Shown in pieces: positions 1 through 12,523 of a DNA stretch of 64,000 nt. A program made the position numbers and the translations under genes. Origin of the DNA: Lama guanicoe. Its lineage: Eukaryota. The stretch is from contig MU056898.1 in assembly GCA_013239625.1 (NCBI GenBank), positions 2,075,717-2,139,716 on the forward strand, given 5' to 3'. Within the stretch, counting starts at the first letter, position 1. Each line of letters begins with the position of its first letter. The notes beneath the pieces were generated by a model, which searched no databases, had not been told where the DNA came from, and worked only from the letters and a program-made list of their open reading frames with translations.

Positions 1-61
1 ACTTTTTGTTCAATACCATGTTTTGAGATTTGTGAATAGTGAAGAATGTAGCTGTAGTTCA

Positions 62-458
62 TTTTTTTTCTTGAGATGAAAGTCACATAACATAAAATTC
101 ACCGGTTTTAAAGTGAACGGTTCGGTAGCATCTCGTCCATCAGCACGCTGTGCAGCCGCCGCCTCCATCCGGTTCTGCGACGTGAGCGCCGCCCTGGAGG
201 GAGGCCCCGTGCCCTTCACGGTCACTCCCCACCCCACCCACTGGCCACAGATCTGCTTTTTGTCTCTGTGGTTTTGCCCTTACTGCCTGCTTCACACAAA
301 CGAGGTCATTCACTACGTGCTCTTTGGTGTCTGGTTTCTGTCATTTAACACGGTATTTCCGAGCCTCGCTGGTCTCCTAACACGTGTCAGAACTTCATTC
401 CTCTTTGTGGTTGAGTCGTGGTCCGTTGTATGGGTGGACCACCTTTTGTGTATCCATC
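62..458 (-). mobile_element. Old L1 (L1MB-like) 3' end fragment
   Basis: T-run followed by cacataacataaaattcaccggttttaaagtg...cactccccac...ctggtttctgtcatttaac, resembling the reverse-complemented L1MB 3' UTR. Confidence 0.75.
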
Positions 459-2330
459 ATAGTCATAAAAACGCTCAGAAAAACGGGAATGGAGAGGAAC
501 GTCCTCAGTTAGACAGGGGAGGCCTGCAAACCCCATGGCTGGCATCATTCTTGACAGCGGGAGACTAGAAGCTTCCCCACTAGGATCAGGAACAGGGCAA
601 GGGTGTCCCCTCTCGCCACGGCTTCTCAGCTTCGTACTGGACGTCCTCGCTGGTGCAATGAGACAAGAAGAGGAATACAAGGTGTACAGCTTGGAGAGGA
701 GAAGTTCAACTGTCTTCAGCGTTTCCGTGGAGACGCTCCCAAGGCATCTGCAGGAATTCCTGGAGCTGATCTGTGAGTTCGATCAGATAGTCTGCAAGAT
801 TAGCACACAAACGTCGATCCCGCTTCCACGTAGTGACGATCAACACGTGCAAACCGACTAAAGGAGGGCACCCCTGCAGCTACCCCAAGTAGAAGGAGAG
901 GCTTTTGTACAAGCTTAGCCCACGCAGGACGCTTGAAACGGCAAAACGCTGATGCGAGGAATCAAAGAAACCTCACGGTGGAGAGCCTCGGGGTCACGGA
1001 TCCGAAGCCTCGCCGTAGCAAGATGCCAGTCCTCCCCAGATCAGTGTTCAGGCTTAATGCGGCCGCTACCAGTGATCTCAGCAGGTTTTCTGGGTGGCTG
1101 TCCCAAGCTCATACCAAGACTTACGTGGAAAGATACAGGACCTGGAATGGCCGGGTCCACACTGGAAGGGACCGCCGGGGGGGCTCGCTCTGCTGAGTTA
1201 GCTGATTGCCGAGCCGCAGCGATCGAGACGCGACGCGTACTCAGCGGGACAGGACAGGGAGTCCGGAAACAGACCCACAGGATGCGCCCAGCTGGCGTCT
1301 GACGAACGTGTGAGAACTGCTCAGTGGAGGAAGGATAGTCTTTTCCTGCAGACAAGCTGGCGCAGGTGGAGTCGCTGGCCAACAAACGAACCTCGGTCTC
1401 CATCGCGTCTTACTGAAACGTCAGCTCCAAGCGAGTCCCAGACGATGTGAACTGTAGCGCTTCTGGGGAAGCCCAGGAGAGAACCTCTGGGCCTGGGACT
1501 GGGCAGGAGCAGCGAGTCCTCAGGCTCAGCCTGAGCCGAAGAGGGAGGATGGGTAACTCGGGCCCGTCCAGGTTTAAAGCACCTGCTCTTCGAAAGGCCC
1601 TGTGAAGAAGGGGAGAGACAGCCTGCAGGCCGGGGGGAGGCGTTCAGACCACGCTCCTGAGCAAGGGCCAGTGCCCAGCACAGGAAGGCCTCTCGTGACG
1701 CAGCAGCGGCAGCGGAGATGCCTGACCGGAGAGGAAGCTCAGTGGAGGACGGGCACGTGAGGGGAGGCGCCCTCCTCAGCGGCAGGGGGGCCCAGGCAAA
1801 GCCCCGAGAGCTGTCCCACAGGGCGGCCGCGGTGAAACCCAGGGCCCCACTGGCGGCCCCGCCGGGGGGCGCAGAGGGACCGGCTCTCCCGCCCTCGCGG
1901 GTGCGAGTGTCCGTTGTCAGAGCCTGGAAAGCAGTCACAGTTCCTCAGGAAACTAGACATGTGACTGCCGCGCGACCTCGCCATCGCACCCCAGGGCGTC
2001 TGTCCAGGGAAATGGGAAGTGTGTTCACGCAGAAACCCCAGCGTTCACTTAGCTCACAGCAGTTTTATCGGTAACAGCCCCAACCCGGAAGCACCCCGGG
2101 TGCCCTTCGATGGGCGCATGTGCCCCGGGAAGGCGTCAGCCCGAATGCGCGACACGCCGCACCTGGGAGGTCTCCGGCCACGCCAGAGGAAGAGGGCCGG
2201 TCCCCAGAGGCTGCATGCCGCGTGGCCTGTTTAAATGGCACTCTCCAAGTGACAGCGCTACCGAGGTGGAGGCAGGCTGGCGGTGGCTGGGGTCAGGTGC
2301 TGGGCCGGGGCGGCGGGGGCGGGGCCGGGA
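459..2330 (+). mobile_element. Degenerate L1 ORF2 (reverse transcriptase to C-terminus) and 3' UTR relic
   Basis: ORF 535-861 reads IILDSGRLEASPLGSGTGQGCPLSPRLLSFVLDVLAGAMRQEEE, matching L1 RT [44 protein letters not shown]. Downstream fragments (KMPVLPRSVFRLNA, KLIPRLTWK) are collinear with L1 ORF2. Many frameshifts. Confidence 0.88.
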
Positions 2331-3184
2331 GCGCCTGAGCAGGTGGAGACAGACGCCCCGGCCGTCTCCGTACTATTCCTTGCAGCTCGTGGCCATCAGC
2401 TGGGAGGTGCCGGCCACCTGGTGTCACTGTGCTCCAGCCGTTGGAGGAGGAGGGAGCTGACGGGGATAAGGGACCATTCTGGGGGGCGGTAGGGCCAGGG
2501 GTGGCAGCAGGACCCCCAGTCTGGGCGTTGGGCGAGCATTGTGCTTTGTGGGGCAGGAACGCAGCGGTCACAACCGTCGGTGCCTGCGCCCCGAGCTGGG
2601 CGCTGATGCTTCTACGGGTCTGTCAGCCGCTCCGTCTCACAGAGGAGGGGTGACCTGCCGGGCCCCTGCCTGAGGGAGCTGCTGCCCGCCGAGCCCATCG
2701 GCCTGAGCTGAGCCCTAGAAGGCTGAGGCTGCTATCCCTTCTGTCCGCCTGCTCACAGGCCCTCTTGCGGCCGTCTCAGGGGTGGGGGAGAGAGTGTTTC
2801 GCAGGACAGAGTCCTGGGGGTCTTGGAAGCGCGGATGCAGCCCCAGCCTCCGGGCTCCAGGCCTGCATTCCAGGGTCCTGGGGAGCTGGGGCGCAAGTGA
2901 GCGGCATGTCCACGCCCACCACTGGTCAGGCCCTCAGGCCCTCAGGCCCTGCGGCCAGCCCCCTGGGGTCCCTGGGCTTCAGCGGGCATCTGGCCCGGAG
3001 TCTCGGACACTCCAGGGCCTTCGGGGAAGCTGACCAGGTGAGCGGGGCCACCAGCAGCGGGGACCCCAGCGTGGCGGCCTCTGCCCTGGGGAGTAGGCCT
3101 GGGTGGCCAGGCCTCAGATTTCCCCAGGGAGGCTTAATGTCCAGGTTCTTGTGAAATCTAATTGTTTCTTGCCCTTTGACTTCA

Positions 3185-3560
3185 TTTTTAAACTTTTATT
3201 TTGAAAATATTTCAGACAGAAGAGTTTCAAGAGCATAAGCCTTTGCCCAGATTCGCCGCTGGCTCTCGTGCGCGCGCGTTTGCTTCAGGGCTCTGTGCCT
3301 GGCGTCTGCGTCTTCTGATCGGCGTGACGCAGACGGTCACTCTTCGTACCATTGCTTCGCTTGGGAGTAAGTGACCCCCTCACATCCCTCAGTGCCTCTC
3401 CTGAGAACAGCGACGCCCAGAGGGTGGTTGTCACATTGGGGTTTTTCAGGGACATGGCACTCGGAGCCGACCGGGACTCACAGTCTGCCCCGATTTCTGA
3501 AGTGCCCAGAGCCGTGGTCGGAGAGTTTGGTCTGAGGTTTGCTCACGATTGGAGCCAGTT
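3185..3560 (-). mobile_element. Old L1 (L1MC4/5-like) 3' end fragment
   Basis: ttttattttgaaaatatttcagacagaagagtttcaagag...cccagattc...cacatccctcagtgcctctcctgagaacag resembles the L1MC 3' UTR. Confidence 0.5.
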
Positions 3561-4003
3561 GCTCATTTCTCTGGGAAAACCACTGCATTACATCCCTGCC
3601 TCAAGAGTGGGCAAACAGCTCAAGCATTTTGAGGACACCGGGAGGCCCAGACCATGGTCCTGCCGTCTGACCCACTGTCTCGGGCCCCGTCTGTGCCCTC
3701 GTCCTGGTCCGACCTTGGGCAGCCATGCAGGTCGGGCTGCGGCCACCACCCTGTTCCCTGCCTGAGCGGGTGCAGGAGCTGCTGGCTCTGCCATCTTCTG
3801 CTGGGTTTGGAGCCCAGCTCGCTGGGGTCTAGCTGGGGAACCTCAGCCAGATACACGGTTCCTCTGAGTATTTGCTTCCAAATTTAAGCCTCTCAAGGGC
3901 CAAATGAGAAGTGAGAAAATACAGGTCCGATTTCCTAGAGCGGTGCTGGGCCTGGAGGAGAAGGAAGTCCACATTCTTCAGGGAGCACTGCCCTGCCGAC
4001 AAT

Positions 4004-4110
4004 CCTCTCCTGCCCTCCTCCCCCTCCCCCTCCCCTCCTCCCTCCTTCTTTCCTTTCCTGGACCACCCCTCCCCTCCCCCTCTTCCCTCCCTCCGTCCCC
4101 CACCCCCCCC
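4004..4110. repeat. C-rich polypyrimidine low-complexity tract
   Basis: cctcctcccccctccccctcccctcctccctccttctttcctttcc...; G-runs on the minus strand. Confidence 0.85.
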
Positions 4111-7100
4111 AACACACAAATCCAGTATCCTTTGGGCCGAGCCAGTCCTGGGGGTGAGATTCAGAGGCCGTTCTATGTTGGTGGAGGTCAGCATTATCCT
4201 GGGTCGGGGGAGGTGGGTGGTCCAGGAACAGAGCAGGGGAATGCGGAAGGCTCCCGGGGCAGTAGGTCCCGAAGGGGAGCAGGACTGAGTCGGCAGTGTG
4301 TCCGGGCAGAGGGGCCATGTGGGGGTGCCCGGTGCCTTTGGGGACAGCAGCCTGTGTGGCTGGGGCGAGGCCTTGTGAGGAGCTGAGTGCCGCACGTCAG
4401 GGGCTGCGGGTGGGGTCTTTGAAAATAGAGGCAGAGACCAGAGGCCATCTGTTCTAAACACACCCACATTTATGGCCTTGAAGGTGGCCAGGGTGTGGGT
4501 AGAAGCGGCCTGGCTTTGATGGGGGGGATTCTGGCCACCTGGGGGGAGGCAGAGCCTGGGGGCCCGGCAGCAGGGAGCCTGCATCCGTATGTGCGTGTTT
4601 ATCTGCGTGTGTGCCTTGGGGTGGCGGGCAGGGTCTCCTCTGGGGTCTGCCTGTGGCTGTGCTCGGGGCTGGGACCCGTCTGGTCCCTGGGCCCGACAGG
4701 TGTGGCCCATGAAACCCTCCTACTTGCCTTCCTGGCGTGCGAGGCACCGGCGAGCGTGTGGAGGGGTGGCCACTGTGCCTGCGGGGCAGGCAGGTCAGGC
4801 CAGGCGTCCAGCCCCCGCACTGCCACGTGGAACCTCAACAGTCCGGAAGTGTGGGCCCTCTGGGAATCGAGGCATCTACGCCCGTGTCCTCCGTGAACTT
4901 GGGACCCCGGCCCCGCAGCTCAGAGCCCCGGGCACGGCCTGAGGGCAGGAGACGTTGTCCCAGAGCTGGTCTCTGCAGAGCAGGCAGGATTCCCAGGCCA
5001 CCCCTGGAGGAGAGAGGGTCTTTCCAGGTGTGGTGCTCTGTGGGTGTCCGGCAGAGTGACTTGTTCAGAATGATGCTTTTTAATGAAGTAACAGGTAACA
5101 GGGTCCGTGCTGGCCTGATGGGGGTGTAAACAGGCCCCGTCCCTGCACCTGCCACTCCCAGGCCCTGCCAGCCGTGTGGGTGCGTGCACCCACGGAGCTT
5201 GGGAGCTTCGTCCTGTGCCCGGGGACGAGCCTCACCAAGGGCCGGCTTCACACACAGTGGTTCTCTGGGCCGCCCGTGGTGCTGGGTGCTTTGGGCCGGT
5301 GGCGCCCCCTCTCTGGACCTCAGGCCGGGAGCGGCTCCATGAGACAAAGTCCAGGCTGCTGTCTGCGAGTGGCCACAGCTGTGTTCTGTGACCAGCAGGT
5401 GCTGCTGAAATCGAATCAGCCGTCACCGTCGTGAAACCCAGGAGGCGGCACGGAGACTGCTGGGTTTCCATCCTTCGAGCGCTGGGCCGTCCGCTGCCCT
5501 GGCCTCATTCCACACAGGCTGTGGGCCTCATGCCAGGCAGGGGTGTGCTCCTGGCCCCCCACCCCAGCCTTTGGGCCTGTGGGCGGCTGAGTTTGTGAGT
5601 TTGCAAGCCTTCTCTGTCTCCACAGCCCCAAGGGCACCTCCAGCTCTGAGAGCCATGAGCCCCTTTGGTGGCACAACCCCCAGGTGCCTTTACCCCGGGG
5701 TGGCCGTGAGGGCCAGGAGGGGCGGCTGACTGCCCATGGGCCTGCCTTTTAAAAGCTATGTGTTTTCAATCAGGATAAAATTCCAGGGCCAATTAAAAAT
5801 AGTAACAATAGAAGCAATCAGAGGTCTCTGGGTTGGCCACGTTTCCTCCGTGTGCACGAGCCACAGGGCTCCTGTGCATCTGCAGAGACCATCACCATGT
5901 CCACAGACCTCAGGTGCGCGCTCACTGAGCATGGGCCCCCAGGGCACCTGGAGCATCTCCCCCGCAGGCAGTTTGCTGTTGGTCCTCCAGACCCCGCCCC
6001 TCTGACCGCTGGCTCCTCTCTGCTGCCCACCTGCAGTCACCAACATCACCCTCACGGCACCCAGCCCTGCCCCGTCCCAGCCTCAGCCGGGTCCCGGCCC
6101 GGGTGAGGGGCATGCGTCTGCTGCCCTCAGTGCAGGCAGCACCGGGCCCTTTGAAGCAGCCCTGTGGGGCTTAGCAGCCACTGAAAGAGCCCCCCACCCG
6201 GCCCCCCGTGCCCTGGACGTGGCGTTTCCAGGGGCCCTGCAGACACGCCGCTGCGTCTCCTGCCCACGCGCTGGCAGCGGGTCTGGCGGGTCTGGCGGCT
6301 CTGACGACACCGGCTGCCTGGCTCTTAGGATTGATCCCCGGGCTTGTTGGGTTTAAAATAAGCAAGATGCCTTTTATCCTAGAAAATGTTTCCTGCCCTG
6401 GAAAGCAGGGGTGAAAGAGGAGGCTGGGAAGGCCTCCAGGGTCCCGTGTTCGCCCCTCCTGACCTGGTCGTGGCCTGCGCGGGGTTGGGGGCATTTGAGG
6501 AGGGGCTCTGTTACGGACAGCTGTCACACCGGGGGCATGCCCGCACTGGCGGCCTGGGACTCCTGGGACACCGGGACTAGCACTGGTCCTGGGTGCACAG
6601 CAGCAACATCCACCCCTGCCCTTGGGGGTCAGCCTGGGCGGGGTGGGGGCATCACCCGCTCTGCAAACCCAGGCCTCTCCTTGGAGGATTTCCAGGAAGT
6701 GAGTACAGGGCTGTTCAGGTGGGGGGATGGGCAAGGATGCCCCATCTCCCAGCCAAGGAATCTGGGCCACAAACCAGATGATGCTGCCCCCTCCCAGGCC
6801 GGCGGGAGAGGGGCCACACTGACCCAGGCCTGTACCGATGGGCCCGGTGGTGGCCGGCCGTCTCAGGACCCAGCACCCTCCTGCACTGCTGCTCCTCCTC
6901 TGGCCTCCGCCTGGCCAGCCTCTCCTCCTCCACCCTTGGAGGAAGATCCAGAAACCCAGTGTGGAGACGCCCGCCTGTCCTCTGCTGACGGTGGGTGGGT
7001 GGGCTTTGCGGCTAGCAGTGCAGGGGCTTGTCCCCTTGGCCCAAGGCCTTGTCCCTGAGGCGCCGGTGCAGAGGTGGCGATGAGGTTTCCAGCCCCGAGC

Positions 7101-7717
7101 TCAGGGATGGCATGGGATAGGGGTCAAGCCAGGAGCCTTCAGTGCCCAGCCTCTGTCTCTAGTGGACCATCCGCTGCTGCAGGCGTCCTCCTGACCGTGG
7201 CCCAGGGCCGAGGAAGCCACGTCACTCCTGACCACCGTCCACGAAGTGGCAGTGGCCCCTTCCGCGGTCTTTGCCAGGTGGCCCGGGGGGAGAGGATGTT
7301 CTCACTCTGGCTCTGACCTCTGCTGGTGCCCTGCAGTGGAGTGAGCTGGGGAGAGGGTGGGCCCAGCACCCAGCCGCTGTGCGTCTGTTGCATGCGTGAG
7401 TGACAGCTGGAGCTCCACCTGCCTGGAGTTTCGAGCAGGGGCTGTGTGCACCTCGCCCCTCCCCACCCGCATCACCTCCTGCCAAGTTAGAAGCGAGCGC
7501 GGCCCAGCTGACGGTCGGAGCTTGACTCTCCCTGTGGCTGCGTGGTCTCCCCGGGTGGAGCGGGTGGGTGGGTGTGAGCTGGGGGCGGTGGAGCCTCCGC
7601 TGCACCCTGGTGCCCACCGAGGAGGGGTGGCCAGGAGGGTGCTGCGGTGGAGCCAGGCTTCTGCCCTGGGGGTGCTTCCATGTACCTGAAAGGTCACGGC
7701 CAGACCCACGGTCACTG

Positions 7718-10250
7718 ATTGTCTCCTGGGTTATCTCCTAGAAGCTTGTTGTGTTTTATGAGTAGAGCTGTACCAATTTTTTAAAAAATTGTTTAACATG
7801 TAAAGAAATTACTACTTTAAAATTGAAAAAATTTTGACGGTAATCTAATTCCTTTTTTAATTTTAGAAAACTTGGGGGGATTGGGTTTATTTATTTGTAT
7901 TTAGGTTTATTTATTTGTTTATTTAATGGAGGTGCTGGGGATTGAACCCAGGACCTCGTGCATGTTAACGCTCTCCACCACTGAGCTACACCCTCCCCCG
8001 ATCTGTATCCATTTTGGGCTAATTTTTGTAAAGATGTAAGTCCTTTGTCTGGACTCAGTTTTTGCAGGTGGATGTCCAGTTGTTCAAGCATCCTTTGACG
8101 ATGAGACGGTTTTGGTCCCGTTGTGTGGCCTTCGTCCCGCTGTGGAGAGTGGGTGACGGTGTTTGTGGGTCTGCCTCCGGGTTCCCTGTTCTCTCCCGCT
8201 GGTCGTCTGTTCCTGTGCCGAAGCCACACCGTCCTGGTTACCTAGCTTCATGGGAAGTCTGCAGGTCGGCGGTGTCAGTCCTCTGGTCTGCAGTTCTCTG
8301 TTGGCTGCCCTGGACCTTTGCTTCTCCACATGGACTTTGGAATCAGCTTGCTGGCATCCACGGGGTGGCTGCTGAGGCTGTCACTGGCACTGAGCTGCCT
8401 CTGTAGGTGGAGTGGGGAAGAACTGACGGCCTGGCAGCACTGCGTCTCCTCCACAGGCAGGAAGTGTCTCTGCGTTTGTTCAGCTCTGTAATTTTGTTCA
8501 TCAGAGTTCAGGAGTTTTCGTCGTTCAGATCTTGTGCATACTTAGTGAGGTTTTTTTGAGGAGGGCTACTGTAAGTGGTGGTACGTTTTTAACTGTAAAT
8601 TTTCACACGCTTGTTGCTGGTGTCTGGGAAAGCGATTGGCTCGGACACGTTAACCTTGTACCCTCAGCCTTGCCGTGGCCACTTACTGCTTTGTTTTGTT
8701 TTGTTTCTGCTGATTCTTTGGGATTTGTTTTTACAGTCATGTCACCTGCAAACAAAGACAGTTTTATTTCTTCCTTTCCTAGCTATGTACATTTTCCTCC
8801 TTTTCTTGTCTTATTGCATTAGCGAGGGCTTCTCCAGTGTGATGCTGAGGAGGAGTGGTGAAGGAATGTGTTTGGCTTGAGTCCTGGTCTTAGGGGCAAG
8901 CGTCTAGTTTCTCACCACTGGGTGTGGTGTGAACTGTAAGGGCTTCCAGCTGTTCTTTCCCAAGCTGAGGAAGTCCTCCTGTGTTCCTGTTTCTCTGAGT
9001 TTTGTCCGTGGGTGTTGGATTTTGTCAGGTGCTTTTTATGCATCTGATACGGTCACACGATTTTCCTTCGCTGGTCTTCTGATGCGACGCATTACACTGA
9101 TTTCTGAATGCTGACCAGCCTCGCGTCCCTGAAATGAATTCCACTTGCTTCTAGTGTATAAATCTTTCACTACCATGTTGGATTTGCTTTGCCTGAACTT
9201 GCTGCGGAATTTTACGTCCACATTCATGAGATAGTGGTCTGTAATTTTCCTTTCTTGTATTATTTTTGGTCTGGTTTTGGTATCAGAGTAATTTTGGCCT
9301 CGTAGGAGGAGTTAGAAAGTGTTCCCTCTGCTTTTATTTCTGGAAGAGACTGTAGCACATTAGTGTAGTTCCGAACTCAAGCGTTTGCTGGAATTCGCTT
9401 GGTGAGCCCACCTGCGGCTGCTGCTTCCGGTCTCAGCGGGCTGATAATTATCGATGCAGTTTCTGTAGTCGACTGTGCTGTCTGCTTCTTCCTGTGTTTT
9501 TTGGCAGATTGTGTGTTCAAAGAGCCGGCCCCTTCATCGGGGTCAGGTTGGTGGGGCAGCCTGTGGGCAGTGCCGCGGCGTCTGCAGCGATGCCTTCTCG
9601 TTCATTTCTGACGCCAGGTGTCTGCGTCTTCTCCCTCCCGCTCTCTCTCTTGCCTTTTGCTTTGGTTTTTTTGTTGTTGTTGTTGTTCATAGGTTTTTAT
9701 TGATTTTTTTCGAAGAACCAGCTTTGGTTCCATTGATTTACTCTATTAATTTCCTACTTTAAATTCTGCTCTAATTTTTATTATTTCCTTTCTTTCACTT
9801 CCTTTGGGTTTAATCTGCTCTCCTTTTCCTCACTTCCTTAGGGGGAAGCTTAGCTTGTCGATTTTAGGTCTCTCTCCTTTTGGAACATGTGCTTTCACTG
9901 TGTCCCTCTGAGCACTGCTCTTGCTGCACCCCACACCTTTTGACAAGTTGCGTTTTCATTTTCGTTTAGTTAAAAACAGTCTCAATTTCTCTTGCACCTC
10001 CTTCTTTTACCCATGTGCTGTTCAGACCTGTGTTGCTTAATCTGCAAATATTTTGAGGTTTTAAGTTATCTTTCTGTTATTGATTTCTGGTTTAGTTCCC
10101 TTGTGGTCTGAGGGCGGGCGCTGTGTGATTCATCGTATCAGTTTGCTCAGGTGTGCTCAGGTGTGCTGGGCTCAGCGGGACCGCTCCTGGGCTCCCTGCC
10201 GCGCTCCCCGCAGGGTCCTGGGCGCTTGCGTGCTTCTCTCCAGCGCCAGG
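7718..10250 (-). mobile_element. Degenerate L1M ORF2 relic (about 2.5 kb), interrupted by a SINE
   Basis: Typical antisense L1 text: gtggatgtccagttgttcaagcatcctttg, gtcatgtcacctgcaaacaaagacagttttatttcttcctttcc, ggttttggtatcagagtaattttggcctcgtag, ctctgagcactgctcttgctgcaccccac. Confidence 0.9.
7850..7999 (-). mobile_element. tRNA-Ala-derived SINE (camelid Vic-1-like)
   Basis: Reverse complement reads GGGGGAGGGTGTAGCTCAGTGGTGGAGAGCG...GAGGTCCTGGGTTCAATCCCCAGCACCTCC plus an A-rich tail. Pol III A and B boxes present. Confidence 0.88.
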
Positions 10251-10872
10251 CGTCGCGGATGAGGAACCAGCCACGGACGAGGTGGCACCAGGTCCCCTGC
10301 GGCAGAGGCTCCGGGGATTTGTAAACACCACGCTTGCAATGCTCCAGCGAGGAGCAGGCAGGCTCACGCCCCCAAGTAAACAGCTACGCCTGAGTTACTG
10401 CTGTTTAAAGAGAATTATTTGGAAACTTGCCGTCAATAGAGAAATGTAGCGAGCTTTTACCCAAACAGTGGAAAAGTCTAAACATGAACCAGGACACTGT
10501 CTGGGGTGCCGGCTCCTAGCAGACGGAAGCCCCTCTGTCACCCCGGCTGTGACAGGCAGCATAGAACAGAATGTCACCGCGGTGCCCATTGCGCTGGAGT
10601 ATTCCCCGCGGATCCAGGCTGGTTCCCAGAACGTGAATAGCGCTGACCGTGAGTGCAGACCAGCAACAGAGAGACGCGCTTCCAAGGCAAAGGCGGCGGG
10701 GCTTTGAGAACCGTTTCTAAAGGGGAGGAACGGATGTCGGGTGCACTTACCCTTTGGGGCATCGTTTGGAAGTTGGGAAACACGTTAGGAAGCACTTGGA
10801 CACGTTTGCTGCATTTCGTGGGGCCTCTTTGTTAATGTTTCCATCATTCATAATTCCCTCCTGGTCCCTGTC

Positions 10873-10950
10873 AACACACGTGCACACACTGTGCACAATG
10901 CACACGTGCACACAGCGTGCACACATGCACAGACATACACGCGTGCACTC
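10873..10950. repeat. (CA/TG)-rich degenerate low-complexity repeat
   Basis: acacacgtgcacacactgtgcacaatgcacacgtgcacacagcgtgcacacatgcacag. Confidence 0.75.
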
Positions 10951-12523
10951 TGTGCAGACCTGTGGCTGGAGTGTCTGCTATGTGATCACCAGCCTGGGGC
11001 ATAAACGCACATCCTGGCTCTGACCTCCCACCACCAACATGCTTCTGAAAGTTTGACATTTTTCAAAGTAAGACGTTTAAAGACGTAGAAACTCAGAACT
11101 GTTGGAAGTGCTCATGCAGTCTGATTCCTTCATGACTGGAGGTGGTCCTGTGCTCATTGTCACAGCGCTTTTGCTTAAAATCACAAGAATTCCTCCCCTG
11201 TCCCCATATTCATAGATGGTTGGAGTTGGGGGGGCAGGTTTTATGTGGGGCTGTGGTGCAGGGGTCTCCCCCACTACACTGCGCCCCATCTTGGGAGGGG
11301 GTCAGGTGCTGGGGGCAGATGCAGCTCTGATTGGCTGTGGGCACCCTCCCTCCCTGTCTTCTGCACTGGGGTGGCCTTGGCTCTGAGAACTGGTCCGACC
11401 TGTTTGCCTCTGCAGGTTTCTGTGCAGGGGTGGGGCAGGGGGTGTTTACCTCTCAGGCCACCTGCAGCAGCAGTTCCGCAGCATATTAGAAATGTAAGCC
11501 AATAAAAGAATAAAAAAGCCATAACTAGATCAGGAGACTGGCCGAGATCAGGGGTGCGGAGTCTCCTTTGGCATCATTCCCGGGGATCCCAAGATGAGTC
11601 TGGGCATCTTAGTGGGGCTGGGAGAAGGGGCTTGGAGCTGCTGTGTGCACAGGGTTTGGAACCAGCAGGAATGACCCTGGTAGCCCCCGACAGGGACTGT
11701 TCCAAGGGCATGGTCATGCTGGTTAACCTCCCACGGTGCTGAGTGCAGGCCTGATCCTACGCCTGCTTCCCGGGTGGGTTAACTCCTTGGAGAGTCAGCT
11801 CCTGGGTCCCTCCAGGCAAGTTTAGGGGTGGCACAGGGTCCCTGGGTTGCCATCAAAGGGGCATTTGTCACAGGGCTGACCCCTGCCCCTTGTGATGCAG
11901 CCCCACACGTCCATCCCATGGGACAGTGAGCCCCCCGGGCAAGGGCTGCAGACACAGAGGCTGGGCGTCAGGACTCAGGTGACGTGGGAATTGCAGCCAA
12001 CAGAGAGCCTGGGCCCCCAGCCGGGTGGAGAGTGGGCTGAGTTCCTGCTCTGTGACCCTGTGTGGGGTCCCATGTGGCTGGGTCGTCCCCTTTTTTCTCC
12101 AAAAAAATCCAAAATTTGAATATTTATCACTCTCAATTTTTAAATGTTGGGAGGTAACTTTGAAAACAGTGCCAGTGTTGGTGCACAGAGGGTCCGGTAA
12201 GCACTAAGAACACTACATGGTGACCAAGGATCTCTTCTCCCAAAGAGGCCCAGGTCCCGAAGGGTTTACGAGTGGATTCCACCAAACTTCGGCACACCGT
12301 CCATCCTGACTTTAATGAGCTGCTCCAGAAAACAGAAAACAAGAGGAAGCCTCCCATGTCCTTGCACGACCTTCACGTGGATTTGGGGGGGACACACAGA
12401 TCAGCCCGCAGCAAACCCCCAGAGCATGTGCCATGGAGTGTGCCAGGGTGAGGCTGGGGTGATCGGGGGGCGTCGTTGGGAAAATTGTCTCACTCTGGGG
12501 AAGAACAAAGCAGATCCCCTTCC

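Noticed and set aside
535-861. ORF with the reverse-transcriptase-like QGCPLSP motif as a novel RT gene or retron-like system
   Set aside because: It is a frameshifted L1 ORF2 relic with no intact (Y/F)ADD catalytic motif.
2926-2949. Short tandem duplications: (tcaggccc)x3 here, and similar 9-11 bp duplications near 6280, 10145 and 50285
   Set aside because: Ordinary slippage events with no link to splice sites or coding sequence.
7930-7999. tRNA-Ala genes here and at about 13390-13462
   Set aside because: Cloverleaf is degenerate, A-rich tails are attached and one copy has a TSD, so these are SINEs.
459-10250. Oppositely oriented L1 ORF2 relics (459-2330 + and 7718-10250 -) as a dsRNA-forming pair
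   Set aside because: Both are heavily and independently diverged, so extended pairing is unlikely, unlike the intron-7 inverted repeat.
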